32,000 nt of DNA from Ferroglobus placidus DSM 10642 (GTDB lineage Archaea; Halobacteriota; Archaeoglobi; Archaeoglobales; Archaeoglobaceae). Positions 17,059 through 25,678 of the stretch are shown piece after piece. The position numbers were made by a program, and so were the translations under genes. Within the stretch, counting starts at the first letter, position 1. Every line of letters begins with the position of its first letter. A model generated the notes under the pieces. That model was not told where the DNA came from. It saw only the letters and a list, made by a program, of their open reading frames with translations, and made no database searches. The DNA lies in NCBI RefSeq assembly GCF_000025505.1, contig NC_013849.1, forward strand, positions 570,001 to 602,000, given 5' to 3'.

Positions 17059-17787
17059 ATGATGAAGAGAACTCTTACTTTAATCCTTGTAATTTTTTCG
17101 TTTTCGATTTACATACTTCCGTCTACCGTCTCATTATTCCCCGGAGAGCATTTATGGTACGATCTTGAGCAATCCGGAACGGGAGTTCCGTGCGTTAAAT
17201 GTCATGCCGACATTTACGATGAACTCAATAATTCTGCCTATCACAAAATATGGGGAGATCCGAACAAAGCTGACAGCCAAGATTGCTACACGTGCCACAC
17301 GATAAACCAAAGTATAACCTATGCCGATGCTGATATTGGTGTTACAGGCAAAGAGGCTCACGCAGCTTCGACTATAAACTGCGGATACTGCCACTTCAAC
17401 TCGTCGATAGCCTCTGCAATGGGTACAATTGTGGCTGGAGGTTTTGGAAAGAGCGATTTGACTGGAGACACAGGAGAGGTTGAAGCTCACAGAGAGTTTC
17501 TGGAGAGCGCTATGCTTGACGATCCGGTCTACGGATCTAATTTATTGGAGAAGGAAAACGAGGCTTGTATAGCTTGCCATTCTGCTGTTCCAGTAAAAAT
17601 TCACTTCGCTCACAGGGAAAAGCTGAGCTTCAGGGCTGAGAAGAACAGCAAGGGATTGTGGAACCATCCGAGCTTTGGGTCTTCTGGCTACGTTAATACG
17701 ACCGTCTGGGGCAATGCGATGGGAAGCGGAGGTTTTTACAACAATTCAACCACCAAAAAGGCTTGGGGTGATGCCACATGGCCTTGA
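17059..17787 (+). CDS. Secreted tetraheme c-type cytochrome, paralogue of the 3961 product
   Basis: CVKCH, CYTCH, CGYCH, CIACH; PSTVSLFPGEH N-terminus; C-terminus WGNAMGSGGFYNNSTTKKAWGDATWP. Confidence 0.9.
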   Translation: MMKRTLTLILVIFSFSIYILPSTVSLFPGEHLWYDLEQSGTGVPCVKCHADIYDELNNSAYHKIWGDPNKADSQDCYTCHTINQSITYADADIGVTGKEAHAASTINCGYCHFNSSIASAMGTIVAGGFGKSDLTGDTGEVEAHREFLESAMLDDPVYGSNLLEKENEACIACHSAVPVKIHFAHREKLSFRAEKNSKGLWNHPSFGSSGYVNTTVWGNAMGSGGFYNNSTTKKAWGDATWP

Positions 17788-18404
17788 AAAAGTTCTTACT
17801 GCTTTTGATGATAGCTGTAGCCTCTTTCAGCATAGTCAAAACGACCTCCCTATTCGTTGGGCAGCACTTCTTCTATGACATCTCCTCCGGCTACAACGAG
17901 AAATGTTTGAAATGTCATGCTGATATTTACGATGAAATGCTCTTCACACCCCATCATCGCTTAGTTGATGGAGAGGCGGGATTGAGCGGAAAGGAATGCT
18001 ACGTCTGCCACAGAAGCGAGGATGTTCAGTACGGCAACGCTTCAACCCCAGGAAAAGAGGCTCATTCAGCGAGCATCATGTACTGCGGAAACTGCCACCT
18101 CAATGCAACGATAGCGGCAAAGTACAACGCTCCTCTCGCTGACGACATATACAACACAAAAGAGGTCCACAAGCTGCTTGCCTTTCACGCCTCTTTGGAT
18201 TACTCTACAACGGGAAGCGATTTGCTGAGAAAAGAAAGCGAAGCCTGCGTAGCGTGTCACGCTGATGTTAGAGTAAACATTACGTTCGTGAGCGACAACG
18301 AGACGACCATTACCGTCAGCAACCTTGACAGGGGCGGTTATTCGGCTTACTCAGTGGATAATGTTGTTATATCCGAATTCAAGCAGTGGAGCGTGGAAAA
18401 ATGA
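17778..18404 (+). CDS. Secreted tetraheme c-type cytochrome, overlapping the upstream gene
   Basis: CLKCH, CYVCH, CGNCH, CVACH; signal peptide; 'CLKCHADIYDEMLFTPHH' matches family. Lacks the ATWP C-terminus. Confidence 0.88.
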   Translation: MALKKFLLLLMIAVASFSIVKTTSLFVGQHFFYDISSGYNEKCLKCHADIYDEMLFTPHHRLVDGEAGLSGKECYVCHRSEDVQYGNASTPGKEAHSASIMYCGNCHLNATIAAKYNAPLADDIYNTKEVHKLLAFHASLDYSTTGSDLLRKESEACVACHADVRVNITFVSDNETTITVSNLDRGGYSAYSVDNVVISEFKQWSVEK

Positions 18405-19555
18405 GGATGCACTTGCTTTTAATAGGCTTAATCGTATTTGCCGTAGCTCTAATCTACTCCACTCCATCGGTCTCAGTTCTGTACGGCAGCCACAAGCTTT
18501 ACAACTTAACAGGAGCTGGAAACGATGTCGATTGCGTTTCGTGCCATCCTCAGGCTGCCGACGAACTTTCTCAATCTGCTTACCACAAAACTCTAACCTG
18601 CGAGGACTGTCATCGAAATCCCTACATGAAGAGCGTCGCTTTCGACAACGGCAGCGTTGTGACCAAAGGTAGCTACGCACACGCAGCCTACAAGCCGAGG
18701 TGTCTGGACTGTCATTCGCAGACGAGCATAACGAAAGCTGACGGAACTGTCGTTTCAGTGAGAAAAGCCGACGCTTTCGGAGATCCCGGTTATGGGAGCG
18801 ATTATTCTGCCCATAAAAAGTTCGTGGAGGGGTCGCTGAACTACAACATCTTTGAGGGAGAGAACGAAGCGTGCATCTCATGTCATACGGATTACAAAAT
18901 CAGGTTCGAATTTATAAGACCGCTGTACGTTGAATACACGATTCAAAAAGATGCTAACGGAAACTGGTATGTTGATAGCAGCTCGATAACCTACGGAGCT
19001 GACAACACAACTCTAATTCTCAAACCGGGAAGCGGAAAGAAACATCTCTTTATTCCGCTCAACCAGATCAAATGCGAAAACTGCCATTCAGACATATGGG
19101 CAACTGTTCAAACGGGATACAACCATATAACCACCGGATGGAAAAATCCTCCGATCCACGACTACACGAGAGTTGGAACTTCTTACTCAAACGTAACAGA
19201 ATACTGCCAGCTTTCATGCCACAATCCGATTGTTTCAGGTTCTCCTCCGGCTGCTTTGAGCGAGACAGTGCATGCTGCAAGGAGATTGTCCTGCTATGAT
19301 TGCCACAACACTGCCGGGAATAATGGAGTATTTACCGTTTATTCAAAACCCGGCAATATTTATAGAAATCCACCTTGGAGCGACAGAGCTATGGGCAACT
19401 TCGACGATTACGCAATAAACGCTCCTCTTTTCATTCAGGGAAACACATGCGTTGACTGTAAGGAGGTTAGACAATCTACTGGAACATGGTATACGCCACC
19501 GGTAACCTTCAAGTCCTATTTCGAGCCAACTACAGTCCCACCAAGCAAGATATGA
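18401..19555 (+). CDS. Secreted cytochrome with 8 heme-like motifs (6 CXXCH + CQLSCH + CVDCK); tracked start 18386 (GTG), ATG at 18401 more likely
   Basis: CVSCH, CEDCH, CLDCH, CISCH, CENCH, CQLSCH, CYDCH, CVDCK; ATGA overlap with upstream stop. Confidence 0.85.
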   Translation: MRMHLLLIGLIVFAVALIYSTPSVSVLYGSHKLYNLTGAGNDVDCVSCHPQAADELSQSAYHKTLTCEDCHRNPYMKSVAFDNGSVVTKGSYAHAAYKPRCLDCHSQTSITKADGTVVSVRKADAFGDPGYGSDYSAHKKFVEGSLNYNIFEGENEACISCHTDYKIRFEFIRPLYVEYTIQKDANGNWYVDSSSITYGADNTTLILKPGSGKKHLFIPLNQIKCENCHSDIWATVQTGYNHITTGWKNPPIHDYTRVGTSYSNVTEYCQLSCHNPIVSGSPPAALSETVHAARRLSCYDCHNTAGNNGVFTVYSKPGNIYRNPPWSDRAMGNFDDYAINAPLFIQGNTCVDCKEVRQSTGTWYTPPVTFKSYFEPTTVPPSKI

Positions 19556-19611
19556 AGGTGGAAAAGCTTAAATCCATAAATATTGTTATACTAATAATTA
19601 GGGGATAATTC

Positions 19612-22600
19612 ATGAGGCTGAAAGCAATCGCCTTGGCAATAATAATTTTCTTCTCACTTGCTTATCTGACAGAAGCGAAAGGTGTTCCGTCGAAAGTGAT
19701 CGTGTGGACTGATAAGAAGTTGTATCATCCGTGGTATATCTATTCCGATAGAGGAATGAAGACAGGGAATGTTGATTATGCCACGATGAAAGTTTACGTT
19801 GCAGTCTTAGATGACGATGGAAACTTCATGTCTGGCAGAAATGTTAGGGTGTACATAGTGGATGAATACAGATATGACCACTACGATAAAGGAGATTCGT
19901 CTTATCATCACAATAATCAATCTACGGGTGGCTTATTTATTAATACATTTATATCTCTATCTGATTCAGATGGGGACGGTGTTTATGAGGGCACAGTCAG
20001 CTTAGATAGTTATTTAGATAACGATTATTCTAACTTAAAGGACGATCACCTAAGGATAAAAGTTGTGGCTGAAGATGTGGATTCTGGTTTAATCGGTTTA
20101 ACATACATACTTGCATCGCCTTTAAGCTGTATATGTCATAAGGATTATTCGGACAAATACGATCCCACAAATAAAGAACCGACGAAAGACCTGGCCCATG
20201 GAGATCATGTGAATGAACAACAAGATAAACCCTCTGATATATGTACGGTTTGTCATTATGGCTATGAGCACTTCTACGAAAACATTACTGATACGATTCC
20301 AGATGGTTACAAGGATGTGCACTTTTATAAACAGAATCCACCTGATGTGACCTACTCTGTTAAGGGAGGTGAGTTTGCAAATTATGATTGGAACTCAACT
20401 TGGATTAATACTTCACTGAACTCCTTCTCGTGGGCGGAAAAAAGCGGAGGTGGAGCACCATACTGTGCCAACTGCCACATTAACTCATCAACCGGGCAGG
20501 TTTACGATTGGGACTCAAGCAGCGAAATAGTTCAGTGCACGAACTGCCACAGCGAAACAGGGATGGAAAATACAGTTCCACCTTCAGCTTACAACTCTTA
20601 TGGCACGGCTGGTAAAGGCGACGTTTCCCACTACAACTCTTCGAGAAGCGGAGCGTTAGGAAGGGGTGTTGCCTGCGGCGTCTGTCACAATTCGGTTCAC
20701 AGCCTGCAACTTCCCAACGAGAGCTATAAAGAATACTACATAGCCGAGCAGTGCTGGAGCTGTCATAATGTGAGTGGTGGCATTGATCTTGATTCTTCTG
20801 ACTCAATTCCTAACAGTGTTTCCACCCATCCTGAGGTGACAAATGATTGCAGAGCTTGCCATCTCGATAATAACCTTGCTTTAGATTCTCATTCCGTTCC
20901 AGTAGCCGAACCTCCATCTCCGAACTGCGTTAAGTGCCACGACATTGGAGGAAAATCCCTCGTGCATGTTGACGTTTCAGCCATGAACACCACAGAGAAC
21001 AGACACTACAACCTGAACAACAGAACTGATCCGACTGCCAACGGCTTGAGGTGGGAAAACAGACTTTGCTGGGCGTGTCACGGAGAAGACGACAACGGAG
21101 ATGGAGTGATAGAGTATTCCGAGCAGCCCCCCGATCAGCATCCCGCTAAATACAGAAATCCGAGGATGTGCACTGACTGCCACAAAAACGCTACTTACGG
21201 AAGCTTAATCGGAGCCCCTCAGGTTTCGAGGCACACTTGGTACGATAGCGTAATAAATACTCCCGCTGTAACTTACTGTGGTGACTGTCACGGATTGCCG
21301 GAAAACGTTCTGCCAAATGCGGATGAAGAATTTACGTACGAAAGCGCTGCAGCCCACTATGGAAGATACAGATACGATCTGATAAATCTCTTAGAAACCG
21401 ATCCTGACGCATTCTGCAACTACTGTCACCAGAACGAAACATCTCCTTATCCCTTCGCGAATCCAGAGAACAAAATAAGACCCGAGCATTCGAACACCGG
21501 CACGCCTCCGGAGTGCGTTGAGTGTCACGGTCTGGGCAACATACACAGCACAAATCTTACCATTCCTTCTGTAAACGACCAGCTCTGCCAGAAGTGCCAT
21601 CCCGATAAGCAACCACACAACGGAACGATAGGTTGCGTCGAATGTCACATGAACAACACTCCAAGCTACATCCACCCGATGACGTTTTTGCAGCCTGACG
21701 GCAGCGTTTCCACGTCGAAGCTAACTGCCGTAAGTTGCTACGACTGCCACAAGTCTAACAAGCTCGACAACCTGCTGATAAGCTGGGGAGCAACGAGGTT
21801 GCCAAAAGTTAAGAATCAGCACCACAGCGAGTCTCCCATAAACGGCTCGAAGTGGAACGACTACTGGAGCTACCAGCCGAGGTATCTTACGTTCGCATCC
21901 TCCTACAGCGTCTCAGAAGGCTACGTTCAGGATTTCAGCAACATGATGAGCGTGAGCAACAACTTCTCCATTATTTACGAAGCTCCGAAGGGCGGAATCG
22001 CGGCTTTCAAGGGAACGTTTCCGTCTAATCAGGGATTCGACTCGAACTATGATGGATGGAGCTACAGTGCTGAATCTCCCGCAACAGCCGGATACGATCC
22101 ATCTTACGGAAATCCAGCCGGCTCGATCTACTCCTACATCTACACAAGGCTGAGAACAACGAGCTATTACTCGACCGAATGGGTTTCTGCATTCGTTTAC
22201 GAGAAGAACAAACCGGTAGCCTACGCCAAGTTCAGCTTCGATTACAGAGTAACGGCAACCACAAGGCTGAATGAAATTAAAATCACAGCATACATCGAGG
22301 ATCCTGATGGAATAAGGTATCAGGTTTATCAGGTTTCCAAAACCTCTCCGGATGTGACCTGGAATAAAGTGGAAGTTGAGATGTCTAACCCCGATTCCGT
22401 CTTCTCAAAAAGCGGAGTTTACAAGATCATTCTGAAGACGGAGTTCGGATTGACCACATACAAGGGAAGCAAGGAAGGCAAGGTTTACTTTGACAACGTG
22501 AAGCTTGAAATTAACGAAGAGGAGTATCAGCAGTACGAAGTCGTCGTGCAATTTGAAAACGTCCCTAACACTCAGTACACCCTCAACCTCGAGGGAGAGT

Positions 22601-25206
22601 ATCTCGTTAGTAAGGAGCCGGCTGTTCTCTACATCTACGATTATTCTTCAAATTCCTGGGGAAGAAGTTTCGAGTTAAACGCCACAGCCTGGAAGAAGTT
22701 CAGAATTCAGCTGAATCCAAACGAGTATCAGGGTGGTGTAGTCAAGATAAAAATTGACGACAAAAACAAGGGAATTGACACGATTCAGGATTACGTGAAA
22801 TTCAAATATCTGCTTGTTCAAAGCGACACCGGCAAACCCTATCCGTGCGAGCAGTGTCACGCCTCAGAAAAACACGAAAATCCAGCTCTTGGAAGCATAA
22901 TAGCGATTATGGGTAGCAACAAGATAAACACGACCGATCTGAACAACTCTTACTGGTGCATCCAGTGCCACTGGAAGAATGCTGCAAACTACACCGAGAT
23001 GATAAATGAATACAACTTAACGAGGGGATTACCGGTTCCGCCCGAAATAACCAACGGAACTTACGCCTATCCGGTGGCGAGGGACGGGACTAAGCATGTG
23101 GATCACACAGACTGGATCAATCAGTACGGCTACTCAGACAGAGCGTGTGCTTTATGCCACGCAACCTACTTCGTTGACGGGGTTACGACGACTACTGAAA
23201 TCATCCACGACACTGAGGTTGGAACGAACTGGACGAGAGACTACCTCTTCGCTGAGTGCATAAACTGCCATTCAACCGACGTCAACACTTCCAACTTCGG
23301 CAGACACGTAAACCTTGAGAGTGACGGAGGATTAACCTACAAGGATTGTATTAAATGCCATTACAAGCTGGGAGGGATGGGATATAACTACACCGCTACG
23401 GTGGGACTGAATCTGTACGATTGCAGGAGCTGCCACACGCCAGAGGGAGAGTCCAATTTAAAACCTGCCGATTCAAATCTCATAATTGTCAACTTCTCTC
23501 ACGGAACCAATCTCTGCTCCAATTGCCACTATCCGAAGGGAGACTACCACAACGATTATTCCGATCCTCTCGGCACTGTCGAAGCTCCCGGGTGGAGCGG
23601 ATGGGTTAACGGCACTCCTGTAAGCTGTAACGACTGTCACTTTGAGAGAAACCTTGATGACGAGCCATTCCATGCCCCGGGAATAAGCAGGTTTAAAGCT
23701 TCTTACAGCTCCTGTTCCGGTTCAAACTGCCACGGAGACGGTAGGATACATAGCGTAAAGCCAAGAGATCTGGATGTTGAGCCATTCGTAAGCGTAAGCC
23801 TGAACAGAACGTGGATAAATCCGGGAGAATCCATACTTGTTACAGCAAAGGTAAGTGGTAAGGGGTCACAGATCAGCTACGCCTATTATGAGCTGTTGGA
23901 CATGGACGGCAAGGTAATCTCTTCAGCAGATCTCTATCCAAAAGACGGTGAGTGGGGTGGCGTTGATAGTACTATTTTAGGAAACGGTTACGAGGAGTTT
24001 GAGTTCGTGATAAATGGCTCGGTAACTTCTGCACTTAAAGCCGGAATTTACAAAGTTAGAGTTACTGCAATGCAGGACGCTCCTAAGAGCAGAGAAGGAA
24101 GTTACTACCCAAGAAACGGAGCTTACGGAAGTGGTTACGCTGAATTCAGCGTCGGAGAGGCTGGAAGCCTTGCCACAAACTTCGACTTTGAGGCTTTAAA
24201 CGTTTCCGGGTGGTTCGTTAACTGGAAGAAAGTAATTGTTTCAGGAAACCCCGTTATTGAGAGCAGTGATGCGGTATATCACTCTTACAACCACTCCCTT
24301 CACATATCCTCTTCAGCGGGAGATGACTGCTATGTTCAGTCGATAAACGTGAGCGTGACTGAAGGAGAGAAATACTTACTTCTCGTGTGGGTTAAAGGAA
24401 GTGCCGATTTTGCCGGGATAAGCATTAATCAGTGGAATTCATCAAACCTTGTCTCTTCAACCGATCCTGTAGGTATAATCGGCTCCACAAGCGACTGGAC
24501 TCAGTTCGGAATAATCTTCGATGCATTAGGAGATTTGATAAACGTTCAGCTGCACGTTAAAGGAAACGCTGACATCTATTTCGACGACGTCAAGTTATTG
24601 AGAATGCCTTCATACAAAGTGGTCGGACCAGTAAACGGAGATTTCGAATATAATGAGGATGATCTTACCCTGAAAAACGCTGAGGAGTGGCAACAGTATT
24701 ATGGATACGTTAACGGAAAAGATCCGGCTGTAAAAGCCTGGGAGCCTTACACGAGTGATGCGGGAATAAATGTGAGCAAAGTATATTCCGGAGTTCAGGC
24801 TGTCGAGATCGACGGAACAGGCTTCTGGGTTTCACCGGGAGGTTACGACAGGATGCAGGATGACAGCAGTGGAGTTTGGTTTAACGCTTCGAAGTATTAC
24901 GTTGACAAATACGGCATCTTCGTGGATAAACCGTACTACCTCGTCTCGTTTGCGATGTTCGCAGATAGAATTAATGACTACGCAGGAATGAACATTACGT
25001 TCTGGGTATACGATAAAAGCAATGGTGATTACTTCCAGATTTCTGATCTCGGCTTCGTTGTCGGAACGAGGGAAAACATGTCCGACTACGTTGTCGGAGT
25101 TGTCAATGTCACCATACCCTTCATCTCCAACCTGATGGAGATAAGGCTTGAAGCATCTAACAGCCACGTGGTGTTCGACGATGTCAGGATTTATGAAGTT
25201 CAGTAA
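19612..25206 (+). CDS. Giant secreted multiheme c-type cytochrome (1864 aa, 25 heme-type motifs: 23 CXXCH + CICH + CSGSNCH) with inserted and C-terminal beta-sandwich-like domains
   Basis: Signal peptide MRLKAIALAIIIFFSLAYLTEA; motifs counted directly; C-terminal 'ATNFDFEALNVSGWFVNW...' and 'NGDFEYNEDD...' jelly-roll-like domains. Confidence 0.93.
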   Translation: MRLKAIALAIIIFFSLAYLTEAKGVPSKVIVWTDKKLYHPWYIYSDRGMKTGNVDYATMKVYVAVLDDDGNFMSGRNVRVYIVDEYRYDHYDKGDSSYHHNNQSTGGLFINTFISLSDSDGDGVYEGTVSLDSYLDNDYSNLKDDHLRIKVVAEDVDSGLIGLTYILASPLSCICHKDYSDKYDPTNKEPTKDLAHGDHVNEQQDKPSDICTVCHYGYEHFYENITDTIPDGYKDVHFYKQNPPDVTYSVKGGEFANYDWNSTWINTSLNSFSWAEKSGGGAPYCANCHINSSTGQVYDWDSSSEIVQCTNCHSETGMENTVPPSAYNSYGTAGKGDVSHYNSSRSGALGRGVACGVCHNSVHSLQLPNESYKEYYIAEQCWSCHNVSGGIDLDSSDSIPNSVSTHPEVTNDCRACHLDNNLALDSHSVPVAEPPSPNCVKCHDIGGKSLVHVDVSAMNTTENRHYNLNNRTDPTANGLRWENRLCWACHGEDDNGDGVIEYSEQPPDQHPAKYRNPRMCTDCHKNATYGSLIGAPQVSRHTWYDSVINTPAVTYCGDCHGLPENVLPNADEEFTYESAAAHYGRYRYDLINLLETDPDAFCNYCHQNETSPYPFANPENKIRPEHSNTGTPPECVECHGLGNIHSTNLTIPSVNDQLCQKCHPDKQPHNGTIGCVECHMNNTPSYIHPMTFLQPDGSVSTSKLTAVSCYDCHKSNKLDNLLISWGATRLPKVKNQHHSESPINGSKWNDYWSYQPRYLTFASSYSVSEGYVQDFSNMMSVSNNFSIIYEAPKGGIAAFKGTFPSNQGFDSNYDGWSYSAESPATAGYDPSYGNPAGSIYSYIYTRLRTTSYYSTEWVSAFVYEKNKPVAYAKFSFDYRVTATTRLNEIKITAYIEDPDGIRYQVYQVSKTSPDVTWNKVEVEMSNPDSVFSKSGVYKIILKTEFGLTTYKGSKEGKVYFDNVKLEINEEEYQQYEVVVQFENVPNTQYTLNLEGEYLVSKEPAVLYIYDYSSNSWGRSFELNATAWKKFRIQLNPNEYQGGVVKIKIDDKNKGIDTIQDYVKFKYLLVQSDTGKPYPCEQCHASEKHENPALGSIIAIMGSNKINTTDLNNSYWCIQCHWKNAANYTEMINEYNLTRGLPVPPEITNGTYAYPVARDGTKHVDHTDWINQYGYSDRACALCHATYFVDGVTTTTEIIHDTEVGTNWTRDYLFAECINCHSTDVNTSNFGRHVNLESDGGLTYKDCIKCHYKLGGMGYNYTATVGLNLYDCRSCHTPEGESNLKPADSNLIIVNFSHGTNLCSNCHYPKGDYHNDYSDPLGTVEAPGWSGWVNGTPVSCNDCHFERNLDDEPFHAPGISRFKASYSSCSGSNCHGDGRIHSVKPRDLDVEPFVSVSLNRTWINPGESILVTAKVSGKGSQISYAYYELLDMDGKVISSADLYPKDGEWGGVDSTILGNGYEEFEFVINGSVTSALKAGIYKVRVTAMQDAPKSREGSYYPRNGAYGSGYAEFSVGEAGSLATNFDFEALNVSGWFVNWKKVIVSGNPVIESSDAVYHSYNHSLHISSSAGDDCYVQSINVSVTEGEKYLLLVWVKGSADFAGISINQWNSSNLVSSTDPVGIIGSTSDWTQFGIIFDALGDLINVQLHVKGNADIYFDDVKLLRMPSYKVVGPVNGDFEYNEDDLTLKNAEEWQQYYGYVNGKDPAVKAWEPYTSDAGINVSKVYSGVQAVEIDGTGFWVSPGGYDRMQDDSSGVWFNASKYYVDKYGIFVDKPYYLVSFAMFADRINDYAGMNITFWVYDKSNGDYFQISDLGFVVGTRENMSDYVVGVVNVTIPFISNLMEIRLEASNSHVVFDDVRIYEVQ

Positions 25207-25246
25207 TGGAAAAAACTTAAAGTCCATTTCAACATTTCGAAGTTCC

Positions 25247-25678
25247 ATGAAAAAGCTACTCTTTACAGCTATTATTCTTTCATTGTTTCTATCCTTTGGC
25301 TGTATTCAAAGGGAAGTTCAGAAAGCTCCGGTAATTGAGGTGAATTTTACTCATTATGTTATTGAAGGACATCATTTGCTTAAGATAAGTGATGCTAAGG
25401 TTAGGTACATAGAGGTCGATAAAGTTAGCTTAAAAAAATACCCGGATTTCCCCGGAATTCATGTTTTTGGAGTGTACAGTAAAGGAGTTACCCCCGTTTA
25501 CGTGCTACCGGTGGAGGTGGAAGGTAATTTAACTGGTTACGTGGGGTTCGAAAAAGATAAGGTTCCGGAAAATAACCAGAGCGTTCTTATTGTTGTTGCT
25601 GTTAGAGATGCAAAAGGGAACGATTTGGCTGTAGCTCGGAAGGTGATAGTATGGCAGTTGGAAGAAAAACAATCTTGA
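25247..25678 (+). CDS. Small lipoprotein, unknown function
   Basis: [23 protein letters not shown] has a lipobox-like FGC; ATG at 25247 is a better start than the tracked 25148. Confidence 0.6.
   Translation: MKKLLFTAIILSLFLSFGCIQREVQKAPVIEVNFTHYVIEGHHLLKISDAKVRYIEVDKVSLKKYPDFPGIHVFGVYSKGVTPVYVLPVEVEGNLTGYVGFEKDKVPENNQSVLIVVAVRDAKGNDLAVARKVIVWQLEEKQS

Noticed and set aside
18351-18881. 176-aa Arg/Ser/Cys-rich minus-strand ORF and overlapping 18325..18672 plus-strand ORF
   Set aside because: Out-of-frame shadows of the cytochrome genes with atypical composition and no start context; the cytochrome frames fully explain the region.
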